DNA of 62,717 nucleotides, filler included, from Platydemus manokwari (GCA_037951405.1; 6 parts of 6 records of this genome joined end to end with filler, not necessarily neighbours in it), one strand, 5' to 3'; positions 1 to 13,460 are shown, counted from the whole stretch's first letter. Notes: generated by a model from the sequence alone, not told the origin. Numbers and translations: made by a program.

Positions 1-680
1 ATTCATAATATGTAGGTCAACTTTTAGATTAAATTAGTTTGATAAAACAATGTTCAGAGTAGTCTATACCTTAGCCATATATATTCAAGTTTACTTCCAC
101 CTATCGTTTATTTTAAAGCTGATTATTCTACCATTAGTCAGGACGACTTTCTTTTGATACTTTTCGGTAATTTAAAAATTAATTAAACCTTAATTTTTAA
201 AATTGAAATGAAACTAGGAATGACGTAATATTTAAAGTAAAATATTTAATGACCAAAATTTTCATCGATTTAGGCCATTCCGCTATCATTTATCATCGAT
301 ATGGCTCCTGTGATCCTAGGATGCTTGATTTCCTCAAAACTTTCCAAGGCTTTTCAAGTGAAAACTCACATCCTGATTATTCTCATTATTTAATGTTTCT
401 TTAATCAATTGTTTATAGGGCTGTGTCTATGTTATCTTATTATCCTTGAAGCACTGGAGTCGGCTTCCTCATCGTAGCTCCTATAACGTAATGTTGTCTT
501 ATTATTTAAAATTTACACTTAAAAATTTTACTTCCCTTATTTCATTTTTAAAATATATTATGATTTCATTTATAAACCTTTTACAAACAGCATCTGCTTC
601 GTTTTCTAGATTTTCTTAGTTTATTATGTTATAATTGTTTAATCCTGAATCACCATGTTCAGTGAAATATCTTCAAAGCC

Positions 681-1434
681 ACTTACTGTCAAGAAATAAT
701 GAATATTTATTGGCAAGAAGGACTAAGGAAAAGATCATTGTGATCGATGAAAAACGGATTTAACTTCGAGACATGCCTCCAAAAGAATGCAACCGTGTTT
801 GGGTGGATGGCACAGGTGATCATGCTAGGTGAACAATATCTGATCGCAAAGTTCAGATTGTTAGTGCCGGCAACTATGCAGAATCACTCATGTATTTCGA
901 AGTTATTCATCAACGCTGAGAGATACCTACAATTCCTGCTGAATACGATTTTAAACTTTCAGACAAAACTACCTGCTTAGGAAATGGTCATTCAGTTGGA
1001 CAATGCCTGACCTCACGCACTACAGTTAATTCGACTTTGGCTTGAAGAATATCGTGTGTCTCTATTAAAGCACCTGACCTACTCACCCAACAAAAATCTT
1101 ATGGATCCCTTTGTCTTCAGGAACTACAAGTGCTACCGACGTGGAAAAAACTACAGTAAATCAAGAGAAGTGAGCAATGATTTTTTTCAATATTTGGAAT
1201 CAAAATAGGAGACCAAGCTCACAATCGAGTTTCAAAATTTTACACGTCACTTCCAGAGTGTCATTGAAGCGGATGGAGAATATGTTTAGGCTCTGTTATG
1301 GTTTGCTAATACTTTTAGCATAATGCGATTTTCACAAATAAATGTTTTAAATTTTTTAAATGTTTTAATCTTTTTTAGATTTTGATAAGACTTTATCGAC
1401 GTAGAAAAACGAAAATGTTTTGCCTGCTCCTATA
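681..1434 (+). mobile_element. Mariner (DD34D) element, copy A, 5'-truncated and pseudogenised
   Basis: Frameshifted translation gives IIVIDEK, MVIQLDNA*PH and YSPNKNLMD catalytic motifs. It ends in TIR ...GAAAAACGAAAATGTTTTGCCTGCTCCTATATA. Clearly homologous to 15274-16498 and 32637-33882. Confidence 0.9.
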
Positions 1435-2699
1435 TATAATACCTATAGAAAGTTTAAGTAGTTTGACCGCGGACAGCAAAGAACAATATTAACAAGTGAT
1501 GACATAGACGCTAGATTATAACAAAAAATTAAGGTGTTGAAACAAATTTAGAACGGAATATACATAATTAAAAAATAGACATCACATATTGATGGAATTA
1601 GATGATATTTGTGAGAGTTCAGTATCTGTGAGGGCAAATATATGTTTAAACAATTACACCGATATCTGACATATCACAGTGCCGAAACGTAATTACCATG
1701 TATAAATTCCAGTTGTATAGATATATAATAAAATAATCGAAGACAATTAATATTGTTTAATCAATATGAGATATGCAATTAATTACTCAGCAATTATACA
1801 ATAATAATAAATACACGCGATGGTTTTAAATTTTACTGATTTCACAACTGTGATCTTGACGTGCTGGGAGGACAATTAAATACTATTACCACCCAATTCT
1901 GGTGGAAAACGGAGGTCTGTGGAGATGTCAAATATCCTTTGATTTAAATTTACGATTTAATAATGCTCTTTCAGCAATATCAGCGTTTATTATAATCAAT
2001 AATAATAAAAAACATTTACTCATGTCTGTTTTGTTTTTATGTGTTAACCTAAATTATTAGTGCAATTTTCTGTATTTTGTATTACTTGCATACTGATTTA
2101 AAATTTATTTTTGCTTTTGATTGGCTGTTTATTTTTATTTCATTCTCCAATCCAGTTGTCATAACAATTAGGTACGTCGTTATGACAATTGATGAGTTGT
2201 CGCGATTTTGTCATGGTTTTAATTTTATTTTTCATCGAAATTGAATTATTAACAACAGTGATTAATCGAGAATTGTTTTTTCCTTATGAAACATGTTCTA
2301 CATTGGTTTCCATTACCATTATTGATTATTCATTTTAACAATAATATTTCCTTGTTAAACATGTTTTACATTGATTTTAAGATTGGTTTTTATTTAAGTT
2401 GAACATTTAAAATACACATGTTTCTTGTTGATTTTATTTAATTTATGAAATTGATTTTATAATAATTATAAGTGGAACACAAATTTCAAATACGCATGTT
2501 TTTATTAATGTCTCAATTTTCTGTATTTTTACACACGCTATTATTAGTGTGTCGTATTATATTTTGTATCTTATGTGTTTATTTCTTACACATGCTTTTA
2601 ATTATTAACTCGTTTTTATTTTTACGTAATATCAGTTTGCATCTTACACATCCTATTATTAACTGGTTTGTGCAAAATCTAGCAAAAAATACAACATTA

Positions 2700-5600
2700 A
2701 AATTAAAAAGAAAAAATATTAAATTGTGATATGAAATCAAACGATTGAACCATTGAAAGAATTGTTGAAAATCGCTCGTGATTTCGTAAAATTGTTATTT
2801 CTATATGAAATTTCTGCGCTAAAAATTTATCATCTTGCACCCAGGAAGTCGTTGATAATAATTACTTTTATTTATCGAATGCTAAACCGAAAATTAAACA
2901 ACGAACTAATTTTAGATGCAAAAAATAATCAGTCACAGTATGCGATCGGTGAAATAAATGCAGAAGTCTAATAAGTGGCTAGAACCAAAAAAAAATTATC
3001 TTTCAGATTGTTTAAGTTATAAAAACGAGGTATTAAAAATAATATAAATCAACTTAATATTGAAAATTGTATGAATGAGAAAAGTATTTCAAAAGAAATA
3101 TAAAAATAAAATAAAAAATAAATGGACTAAAATCGACAGTGTTTTGAAATATTTCATTTTAACTTGTGGTGTGTTCTTAGATATTGTTACAACTATTTTA
3201 TATATTCTTTCAGGAAAAGGATTCTTCTCAGTGATTATTTTATATTCACAAGTTATAGCAGAAATACTATCCGCCATAAGATATTATATTGAAGTTTCGT
3301 CGTGGATAAAGTAGAAAGAAGAAAAACTTGTCAAGAGGTTCATAAAGTAATTAGGCATTGAGGCTGATAAACAAATTTTCAGTTGAAGACGCTAAAAGAT
3401 AATTGATGATGATATTTTAAAAGTTAAACATATCATTAAAGATCTGAGAGAAGGAATTTTTTTAATAAAAAGAACATTAATAATTTTAATGATGAAAACA
3501 AATTTCAAGAGGAAACAAAGAGAGAACATAAAAAACAGTTGAAAAAAATATAAAGAAGAAATAGGAAGCTAAATCACTTGATAAATTGCAGAATTTTGAA
3601 TTAAATTTTTATTTTAATTTTTAAAATTGAGTGGTTTCGGATGCATTGAAAATATTAATGAAATAAATATAAATATATATGTAAAGATGAATGTTTGTTA
3701 ATTTATAATTTCATAATAATAAATATAACTAGTAGATCCTCATTTAATTTTAATAATGAAGAATAAAGATACAAAGATAATAATTTGATAAATTTATGGC
3801 TTTCGGAAATTATTGGAAATTTAATAAAAACGATGGCAATATATTTACAAAACAAATGATAAATTTATTAAATTAGTTAATCCCTTCGAAAGTGATTATT
3901 TCTTCAGTTTAATTAATGAAGAAGATTAACAGGCTTCCAGCGAAGTGAACTTCTTCAATTAAGAAAATTAATTTTAATGTTTACAATATAAAGAATCCTT
4001 TAAAATTAGTAATGTGTTCCATGCGGTAGATTTGTAATAAATATTTCAAAATCTAATGTGATTTATCAAATTATTTGTAATTTTAAATACATGCACTTCA
4101 ATGAAGAGAACAGCAAAATAAAAGATGAGAAAACAAAGGAGAGAAACTAATTTTTATGATTTACATAAATAAATAAATAAATATAATTAATATTGATCAG
4201 AATTTTAAAAATGATCAATTTTATAATTAATACAATCTATAGATACATGTAATATCAATGATTTATATGAAGAAATAAATGATATTGTTAAAAAATATTT
4301 CAAAAATAAATTCGAAATTTAAATTGCATATTAAAATTAACGTCAAACATAAAAGGCAAGTTTTTATAAACAAATACATTGAAAACGAAATGAAGTAGTT
4401 ACGTTAGATAACATCGATATTGAATATCAGTTAGCTCATCTAAAACAGTTTATTGAATAACAAGAATTAACAGAGTTTAATTTGGAATTCAAAAAGATTC
4501 TTAATGTTGAAATTTATTTTAAGTAAATATCTATCATTAGTTATTGAAACACATATTAGATTAGCTTTTAACATTGATAATGGGAAAAAATGATGTGTGA
4601 GGTCTATTCTAACAAATTATTGATTTAAATGGAAATTCAAATAGAGTAAAAAAATGCATACCATTTGTATTTAACGGGTATTGAATTTCCAATTGTCTTA
4701 TGAAGGATTAAAAATGTAAAAATCAAAATGATATTTATTTTTAATGTGTTTGAGACTGATACAAGTCAAAACTTACAACGTGATTTTCATTCATAACGAG
4801 ATGTAATTACTCAATAAAGGTTATTAAATAATTTGTATAAATATGAGTATATTTGTAAATGAAAATGATAATTCACAATTTATGTGTTCAAGATGTTTAA
4901 ATATATATCGATCTGAAACCATTTATAACGACCACATTAGGAAAGGCGAAAATCAAGTTTCAATTACATCAAGATTTAGAAAAGAATATTTGACTAATAA
5001 AATTTTCTTTCAAAAATATTAATGCACATATAGTGTTTTTAAGTGTTATGGTAATCCCATAATAGCTGACTATTTACACATTTCCATGGAAATAAACTAT
5101 GAGCCATCGATTATAAAATTGAGCAAAAACTGATGGTTGTTGGAATTTATATTAAAAGCAATGATGAAAAACTATTTGAATAAGAATACAAGAATTATAT
5201 GATATTGTATGTAAGAATTTATTGCAATGAAGAAAAGTTAATAAATATATTATTTGGATTAAAACTTTAAATTAGTATGGAGAAAAGTAATATAATAGTG
5301 AGAGATGAAGACAAAATAAATTTCTAAAATTCATCAAACTGTTATATTTCAGCAAGAAAGTACCTTTCCTTTGGGCAAAGAAGAGTTAAGGGAGCTCGTT
5401 AATTTTAGTGTAAAATATAAAAAAAAAGTATCCAATTTCGTTGTAACAAATCATAAATCAACACGAAATTTCATTGCATCATTTTAATTTCATAGTGGAA
5501 GTCATTGAGACTTATCTTTGTCTTAAATAATATAATAAAAATCTTAAGACGAAATATTGATAATGAGAAGTCTTTAATAAGTACAGATGAGAAATATATT

Positions 5601-6450
5601 TAAGTTTATTATAAAAGTATTAAATTTTTATATTCATTAAGAATGATGGGAGTGAAAATACTAATGTTAAGATGGGGCAAATATAAAATAAATATTTGAG
5701 TAAATGTAAATTACTAAATAAATTTAATTTTGGACCACAAATAAATATTTCCATAATATTAGTTTATAGTAATAATTTCAATGAGATAAATTGATTATTA
5801 AACATTAAAGAATTTTCATTTATGAATAAATTTTAGCCAATGTCAAAAATAATGAACAGGTGACGAGTAAAATCAATTGAGAACAAAGGATTATATTCAT
5901 TCAACGTTTAACGGTTTAAAAGATTATATGATGTATTATATGAAATTAGTTTTTTAATATTAGCCGATATTTAGAAAATATGAGAGATTTATCAGGAAAC
6001 TTTGAATACACCATAATGGTACAGATTCATTATGCATTGAATTGATTTTAGATGGGAATGAAATTTTAGACAATGTGATGTTTAAAAAATTTTATAGGAA
6101 ATGAAAAATTTCTGTTTAAAGATGAAAACTTGTATGAAAATATAATAGGTCATTTTATAAAATCAAAAATAAGTAACGTAATTATAGATAAAAAGAGAAC
6201 CGAAAAAGAAAAAAAAGGAATAAACAAAAATAAAAATATCTATGAAAATGATTTTTAAAAAGTTATTTATAATAATACAATTGAAAATATATTAATAAGG
6301 GTTTTACCTTTGATAAAAAATTTATTATGAGAATAAGAAAATACTGCTATAAGGTAAAGGATTCATTAAGGATTTTTAAATATGTAGAAAACAATTGAGA
6401 AACTTGGGCATTTAAACTGGGTAATTTTGTTTTAAACACCAACGATTAAC
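2700..6450 (+). mobile_element. Heavily decayed Polinton/Maverick-like (adintovirus-like) relic: Rho-N-like fragment, TM protein fragment and protein-primed PolB
   Basis: Broken-frame motifs appear in PolB order: TGIEFPI (~4675), NVF (~4743), NSSNCYI (~5330, endonuclease-VII-like), FHSGSH*D (~5490), TDEKYI..IKFLYSLRMMG (~5585-5650), SKCKLLNKFN (~5700) and ILADI.EN.RD (~5960). The 5585-5760 part parallels the polB relic at 50900-51070. PLKELLKIARD (Rho-N-like) is at ~2750 and a 2-TM ORF at 3075-3314. Boundaries approximate. Confidence 0.65.
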
Positions 6451-6544
6451 TAATTAATTAATAAAAGTTAATTAATTATTTATCTATAGCTCACAAATAG
6501 ATTGAACAATGACAATTACAAACCTTGTAAAGAAGTCACAAATA

Positions 6545-6720
6545 TAGCAAGATTATGTCTATCTTACAGACATAATTTATATAATTTTCGGAAAACGAAT
6601 GGACTTGATGTTGATATATTTATGCGTATAATGTCATTACAACGATTTTATTTTTTTTATAAGGTTGACAGTGCTTTGACGATGCGAATGGCAGAAATGA
6701 AAGAACGAGTGTGGGAATTA
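6545..6720 (+). mobile_element. piggyBac transposase fragment
   Basis: RKTNGLDVDIFMRIMSLQRFYFF followed by frameshifted CFDDANGRNERT matches the piggyBac/PGBD motif 'G.dif...MS..RF.....lrFDd...R.eR'. Confidence 0.65.
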
Positions 6721-7725
6721 TAAAGACAAAAATGTCAACTTTGGCTTTAATTTTTTTCGCGTTTTAAATTGAATGATTAAAATATTTAAACAAATTATTA
6801 AAATTTTCACTTTTTTATTTAACCTTTTAAAAATTATAAGAAAGTAATTCAATATTTTTAGAAATTTTTTTTTGTTTTTTCAACCCACTACATTTACTGA
6901 GGAATAACAGAATTTCATTGAAAGTAAATAAATTTATTATTACTTGTAAGAAATTTATTTATATATCTATAAATAATTTTATTTAATTTAACAGAAGTTA
7001 GAAATAGTTATAATTTTTAAGCTAGCAGATGTATTGGTAAAAAATTATGAAATATTCAAATCACAAATTAAGTTTCGCAACAATAAAGCTCTGACAAACA
7101 AACTTGTAAACCAACTTAATTCTAGAATTTTGGAAATATTCTGATAAATATTTTTCTAATATTTTGGCACAAAATGCTTTATAAATAATAACATTTTCAC
7201 TTTTTTAATTATTGATTAATCGCAATGTATTTTTACAGAAATATTATCTCTAAATTATCATCTAATTAATTATTATTTTTCTAATCAAAGGTCACCAGCT
7301 GTGTCGACCAGAGACCTATATGCTTGATTATTAGGATATTTGCGATTTATTTTTGACTTGTTAAATTAGTCAGAAAATCAATAATATAATTTACAATATA
7401 TTATTGTTTCTTAAAATAACAATGCTAACCCTGTAAGGAACTCATGAAATCAAAGTGCATTTACAATTACCATCCAGGACCCACTGATAAGAAATGGTAA
7501 TTGTTAGTAAAATAATCCACCAATTAGTGAATTTTTAAATGGTGGATTCGAAAACCAATTCGAAATTGCTTGGTATAAAGCTTTATGGAACATATATACG
7601 GTTCGTTTATGGTTGGAATTGTCAGTGATTCAATAAGCAAACCCTCTTAACCCTTACTGATAAAAAATAAAGTATTATAATAATCTATAATAATTATCAA
7701 CAATAATAATCTATATTGATAATTC

Positions 7726-7726
<1 letters not shown>

Positions 7727-7773
<47 letters not shown>
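7727..7773. repeat. (AAT)n microsatellite
   Basis: Directly visible AAT run just beyond the stop codon of the minus-strand gene. Confidence 0.95.
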
Positions 7774-7826
7774 CTATAATATTATAAAATTAACAAAACA
7801 CTATTCATCATTCAATTATGTTAAAA

Positions 7827-9001
7827 TCAGAACTCCTCTTGATCTGTTGGTATAATCCATGGACGTCCAGAAGGGATATCTGTATCATCTTAAATAACGT
7901 AAAGACTATTATTAAAACAAAACACTTGCTCACCATGGTTTTCTGTTTTATTATCATAAATATTATTATCAATATATTTAGATATATTTGATTTATTGTG
8001 ATTGTTGTTTGTTATGTATATAGGTGCGGGTCGTTGAACAGAATCTATCTTTACAGGAGCGGTAAATTTAATGTCTTCTGTCAAATCCATTTTTGTCGTT
8101 GGAGATAATGGTCGATTTATGACATCATCATTACGGGTAGATGTGATTGGTGGATTTGACTGAAAAATAAACAATCGATAGAAAAATGGAGAACAGTTTT
8201 AGAAAATTTTCCGATATCGGACAGCACAAACATTTCCAGGGATCAATTTTCAAAAGGTTTTCAACAAAAGTTCTAAAATTTCGATTAGATAAGTTGATCC
8301 GATTACTTGTTGTTTATCTTCAGGACATTTATAAATAGAACAATGGTTTTGTTTTAATGAGATATCATGAAAAATGAAATCAAACTTAAATATAAGTAAA
8401 CATCAAAATACAATTTGCTGATATAATATAACATTAACAAAATGCTTGCACAATGGCGCTTTTAGAATGTCGACAAGGATTCTAGAATACACACACACAC
8501 ACACTATTCGAATATTATAAATACAGGATATAAATCTAAACTGAAATCAATATTTTCTTACCTTTTCTTTATCATTGATGTGTGTACCATTTGTGGAAAA
8601 TCGTCTCAATTTCTGAGTGGTTTTGTGAGGTCTATAATAAATGATGAGTGAGGAATGATTGGTGAAATAATGAGCTTGATATACTCACATTACTTTGACT
8701 CGTGCTCCATTTTCAATATCATTATCAATATAATTATTGCGCACAATGTCTATCGGTTTCGGATCTGGACCTCTCCAAGGAGCGTAATTTGTTTTCTGAG
8801 ACTGGATTTGCTTTTCTCGTAATTTTCTTGCTTTCCGTTGAGCTTCTTCTTTTTCAGCTTGTTTTGCTATTTCCAAAGCCGTCAATTCCTGATTACAGAT
8901 GCAAATAATGAATCATTCATGATATATTTCATAACATCAAATCAACACAACCAGAACTGTCAATGGGATCATTAGCAGTCTGTTTAACATTCCATCGAAA
9001 C
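7827..9001 (-). CDS. 3' part of a spliced gene, product unknown (charged coiled-coil followed by a low-complexity tail)
   Basis: Phase-consistent exons 9001-8952, 8888-8689, 8631-8562, 8159-7934 and 7888-7827, with GT-AG introns of 63, 57, 402 and 45 nt (donors GTTGTG, GTGAGT, GTAAGA, GTGAGC). Reads xFDGMLNRLLMIPLTVL|ELTALEIAKQAEKEEAQRKARKLREKQ...YAPWRGPDPKP...|PHKTTQKLRRFSTNGTHINDKEK|SNPPITST...ENH|DDTDIPSGRPWIIPTDQEEF*. The 5' end is unresolved (the first exon may extend to ~9069 and the segment ends at 9436). Confidence 0.8.
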
Positions 9002-9436
9002 CTTCAATTGATAGAAATTTCAAGAAGAAATCAAATGTATTTTTAACATATTTTATGATTTTATAATTTCTGAAAGAGTGAATAAGAAAATATTTGAGGA
9101 AATGTTAAATCATGTAAAAACTAAAAGAAAATCATGATTTTCATCTATTATGGATAACAAAATCAATGATAAATTGACTGGAATGGAGAACAATGTCAAG
9201 AATTTCATTCGGAATCAACAAAATATGTTGATAAGAGCAAAATACACATTTTATCATTCAAATCAATTCATAATTTGTTTGCCAATTCCTCTGGCGCATG
9301 AAATAGATAAACAAAATATAAACAAACGCTAACTGCAATTGAATAACAATAGTAAACATAAGTATAACCTTTCTCGGGTGTGACTATAAATATTTGATTG
9401 AATTTATAATATAAATTATTATTATGATTATTATCN

Positions 9437-9535
9437 NNNNNNNNNNNNNNNNNNNNNNNNNNNNNNNNNNNNNNNNNNNTTAATTAATTAANNNNNNNNN
9501 NNNNNNNNNNNNNNNNNNNNNNNNNNNNNNNNNNN
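9437..9535. other. Artificial assembly spacer (N-run, TTAATTAATTAA, N-run)
   Basis: A six-frame-stop linker embedded in Ns. The same structure recurs five times in the window. Confidence 0.95.
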
Positions 9536-10345
9536 TTCGAAAAGCAATGTGGGTTATCTCGATAAGTTGTTTAAGGATCTTAATAAAATAAAAAATCAAA
9601 ATAATATTTATATTTTTTATAACAAAGATTGCTTGAAACTCATAAATTTAATAAATTTTCAAATCTATATAATTAGTGAGTTCTGATTGATAAATATTTT
9701 TTTAAATTATTTTCTACAATTTCATATTTTATAAATGTATTTTATGTTTAGATAATTCGTGTAAAAATTGTATTTCATTATAACAAACATACATCCAAAC
9801 ATAAATATTCACATTGATATATCCTAATATCAAGTCAGCTTATATTTCATACATTAATTGATCCACAAATGACTGATCATTATCCTGCACTTATTTAAAA
9901 CTATTATTAAATAATAATAAAAACAATTTTTTAAACATTCAAGAAAGAAATTTAAAGAAACGCATTTTAAATTTATGTTTCGAATTTTATCAAATCTTAA
10001 TATTAATAACAATGACTTAAAGATAATTAATAGTTTGATAATTAATTCATCCATGTTTCTAACATAATTCAAAAATATCAATTATTGATAAAATCGAATA
10101 TGATAAATTGTATTAAATAAATTGTATGTTTAAAGAAATTATCATTTAGATTTGTCTAGTTTCTGTTATGAAAAACAGCAATTTTGTGCTTTCTATGTTT
10201 TTACAATAATGGTCAACAAATTATTACTGTTGGCAAATGTAGAAATAAAATGTAATATTTCGATTTATTTCAATCGAATTTGATTGGTTGATTGCAAAGA
10301 TTTAAGTGAAATTTTCTACGAGCTCTGAGCGTCGAATAGAAAAAT

Positions 10346-11317
10346 ATGATTCATTTATTACAAATTACTTTTATTGTATTTATGATATTGAGTAAGAATT
10401 TACCTCTTTTAATTTATATAATTTTATTAATAAATTTTGGATCCACTTTAGCCTATTTCTGTTTTCTAAAATGTAGAAATAAAATGAATATCAAATTTCA
10501 AAATGGTTTTTGATTGTAAAGAAAATTATGGCTACGGCATTTTGTAAGATGATTTCGTTGAATTTGAATAAAGTAATTATTTATGGATTTTTAAACATGA
10601 TTGATTACACGGTACTTTGGATCCGAATAAACAAGCAATTTATTTATCTAAATTGGATTAAATTTCAACAGAGATATTTTCTTTAAACTTCTTTTCCTGA
10701 TCATTTTAAAATTATTTGAAATTGAAAAAGAGAATATTTAATAAAATCTGATTATTTTTCATTTAGCTATTAAAATTTTTCAAAAATCTAACAGAATAAA
10801 CTACTGTGATTATAATAAATATTAAATAGAAGTTAAATATTTTTCATTTTTATTTTCATTATAAAATTAAAAATGAAAATAAACATTTTCAAACTAAATT
10901 ATTTTAAAATCGTTTGAAGAAAGACAAGCATTGTGATCGCCAATCTTGAAATGGATTTTTAGTGTTTAGTGTTTCAAATATCAGTTTCAGAATCCCATGA
11001 ATGCAATCAGAATGATAATAGTAACTTCGATACCGGTAAGCGTCATTTATTTATTGACAGCAATATTTATTTATTTATGATTTGTTTTTACATCAGAGAC
11101 AGGGTATTTCAAGTGCAGACCGTTGAGTGCGAGTCATTGCTCTGATCTGTGTCGCAATTTCGGTTGCACTCAGTGGTCGAGTGATAACAATGTGAGCTCC
11201 TTTACCACTTTGCAAGTCGATGACTACATTTGTCGATGTTTGATTACTATCAATATCTGTTTTTCTAGTCCTGTGACTTCGGAAGTGCGTAAATTATATC
11301 CCGAAGTGTATAATTGA
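10346..11317 (+). CDS. Small secreted cysteine-rich peptide (110 aa, 8 Cys, CS-alpha/beta defensin-like spacing)
   Basis: Exons 10346-10391, 10970-11035 and 11097-11317 (donors GTAAGA and GTAAGC, acceptors TTTAG and CATCAG, both introns phase 1). Product: MIHLLQITFIVFMILMFQISVS-ESHECNQNDNSNFDTETGYFKCRPLSASHCSDLCRNFGCTQWSSDNNVSSFTTLQVDDYICRCLITINICFSSPVTSEVRKLYPEVYN*. Confidence 0.75.
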
Positions 11318-12469
11318 TTTATAAATAGAGAGGACAATTGATAAAAATTGAGATGCAGTAATTTTAATATTGTTTTATTTTCGATGATATTGTGGCATGA
11401 TCAATGTTTTTTCATTAAATGTCTGACAAAATTGATTTTGTTTAAATCTATTATTATTGTGATGAAATACTGATATGAAATCTTTATTATCTATCTATGT
11501 GTCTGTGTTTATAATAAGTGTTGAATAGATAAAATTTTAATTTGATTAGGAAAAATTATGATTGGTCAAGTTTTAAGTTGTGTAAAGTCATCATCTGAAT
11601 GTGAACTTCATACAAAACTTAATATTTATTAAATAATAAAATATTTGAGACCATGGACGAAGAAGACGAAATTAAAAACATAGATCTTTGTGATGAAAAC
11701 CCTTCGGTCCAAGAAAACATCATGAACATATAAAACCCAAGAAATTTTTAAAATTTAAAATATTTGGAAAAGATAAAATTCAAAGTGCAGATTTAGTTGT
11801 TAGGTCTTTAAAATCTACTGAAGAACGTTAAATATATTTTTGTTGTTATTGATTTATACACAAGACATGGCTTGTGTATTCCTTTGAATCATTTTAAAGT
11901 GACTTTCTGGATCTTCAGAGAATTCCTAAATTAGTCGGGTTGATAAAAAATCTGGTATAAGGAGAAATTGCTTTAAAAGTTTTTGTAATTATAATTATAT
12001 TATTTTGTATTCTGCAGAGAATGATGGTAAAGCTGTTTTATCTAAAAAATTTATAAAGACTTTGAAAAGTATGATTTGGAAATCAAAAATTGAATGATAA
12101 TTTATTGCAATGTATAGTTAATAAATTTAATAATAAAATTCATTCGAGTATTGGCGCTAGTCACTGTAAAGACAAGTAAATTTCCTGAAACCAAACAGTC
12201 ATAGTAACCAACCGATCACAGTGGAGTTAGATAATAAACGACAATTGGAAAATGCTAGTCAACAACACACATATATTGATTGACCATGACCACTCATGTA
12301 AAAATTTAAAAATCAACAGAAATTTCATCAAAATGTGGTACAACATGACACACAAAAAATTACACACAGATCTCGAGTATAAATATCGATGTACATATGG
12401 TCGGCTGCTAGTGGGAAGCCTAGATCTTGGTTCATATATTGTAAAGCGTGTCAAGTTTAATTACATGCA

Positions 12470-13100
12470 CTAAACAGTATGCGATTGAAATAGAATTTCA
12501 GCTTTCTATCTTTGGAGTCAGAGATTAGTTAATTGTTTAGTGAATCCAACAAATGTTTGGAATAGATACAACCGAACCAAATAGTTCAACTGATGGCGTT
12601 AGTTATAATAAAGTTTTGTGAGGCCCTTTATGAAGTACAATATAATGAGATTAAGTCGTAAGCTTCATTGTACTTTAAGAAGCGTTGCATTGAGGTCGAT
12701 GTTTAGCCCAACAACAAAGGAAGAAAAGACCAATTGAACTAAGAAAAACATTGAATTAAAAGTTGAAAAATGCAGATGATACCGGCCGATGAAATGAAAA
12801 TCAACGATGGACTCTGTGGCGATATTGCATCGTGATACAATATAGACTATTTGAGATCAAGTCGAAATGTTTGAAAGTCACACCTAGAGGGCAATCCTAT
12901 TTGACAGCACACAATATAAGGATAGGCATTGTAGATTTCCCAAATGGTATTTTTTCATTAATAATTCGACAAAGTTAGATTGTCATTTCGGGTCAATGTT
13001 ATTGCAGGGTGAAGATGATTCGTTCCAAATAAAGCTTCAATAACTAATTTTCTTAGTACAGCAAACCAATAAGTGGAAAGGAATAGATTAATAGAATAAT
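12470..13100 (+). mobile_element. Decayed Ty3/gypsy pol fragment (RNase H to integrase)
   Basis: YAIEIEFQLSIFGV resembles the gypsy RNase H motif YS.IE.E.LAI.FGV. Weaker RWAL-like and integrase-like remnants lie downstream. Many stops. Confidence 0.4.
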
Positions 13101-13412
13101 ATTTTTTCAGGCTTCTAAATATATCGATTTGATCATTAGTACTGTGTTTTCATGCTTGCTCAATCGCGTAGAAATTCATTAATATAAGAAGCATTCAATT
13201 TTAAAGGTTTTACCTGAAGATTTACGATGTTAATTTCGATGTTTTTGGATGACAATGTATTATGATTGAATCTACTATTGTGTGTAGAAAGCACAACGGA
13301 TTTGCATTGTAAGAGTTTTATCGCGTTTTATAATTTCTCTTGTTTGCATTTGAATTAAACTTGAAAACCGAAATAAAATTTTCTTTAGAGCTCAAACTAA
13401 AATATGAGAACA

Positions 13413-13415
<3 letters not shown>

Positions 13416-13458
<43 letters not shown>
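13416..13458. repeat. (TTA)n microsatellite
   Basis: Visible repeat; it produces the spurious poly-Leu in ORF 13340-13522. Confidence 0.95.

Positions 13459-13460
<2 letters not shown>

Noticed and set aside
9480-9491. TTAATTAATTAA as a biological palindrome or piggyBac target
   Set aside because: Always centred in N-runs, so it is an assembly linker.
10873-10911. Alternative first exon MKINIFKLNYFKI for the Cys-rich peptide
   Set aside because: Phase-compatible, but it has a weaker donor, gives a poorer signal peptide and adds an extra Cys. Exon 10346-10391 fits better.
11093-11290. Antisense open frame (..DIDSNQTSTNVVIDLQSGKGAHIVITRPLSATEIATQIRAM..)
   Set aside because: It is the shadow of the plus-strand Cys-rich exon, which has consistent splice sites and a signal peptide.
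12800-12840. LCGDIAS, resembling a nuclear-receptor first zinc finger
   Set aside because: Immediately followed by a stop, has no preceding CxxC and lies within a gypsy-like remnant.
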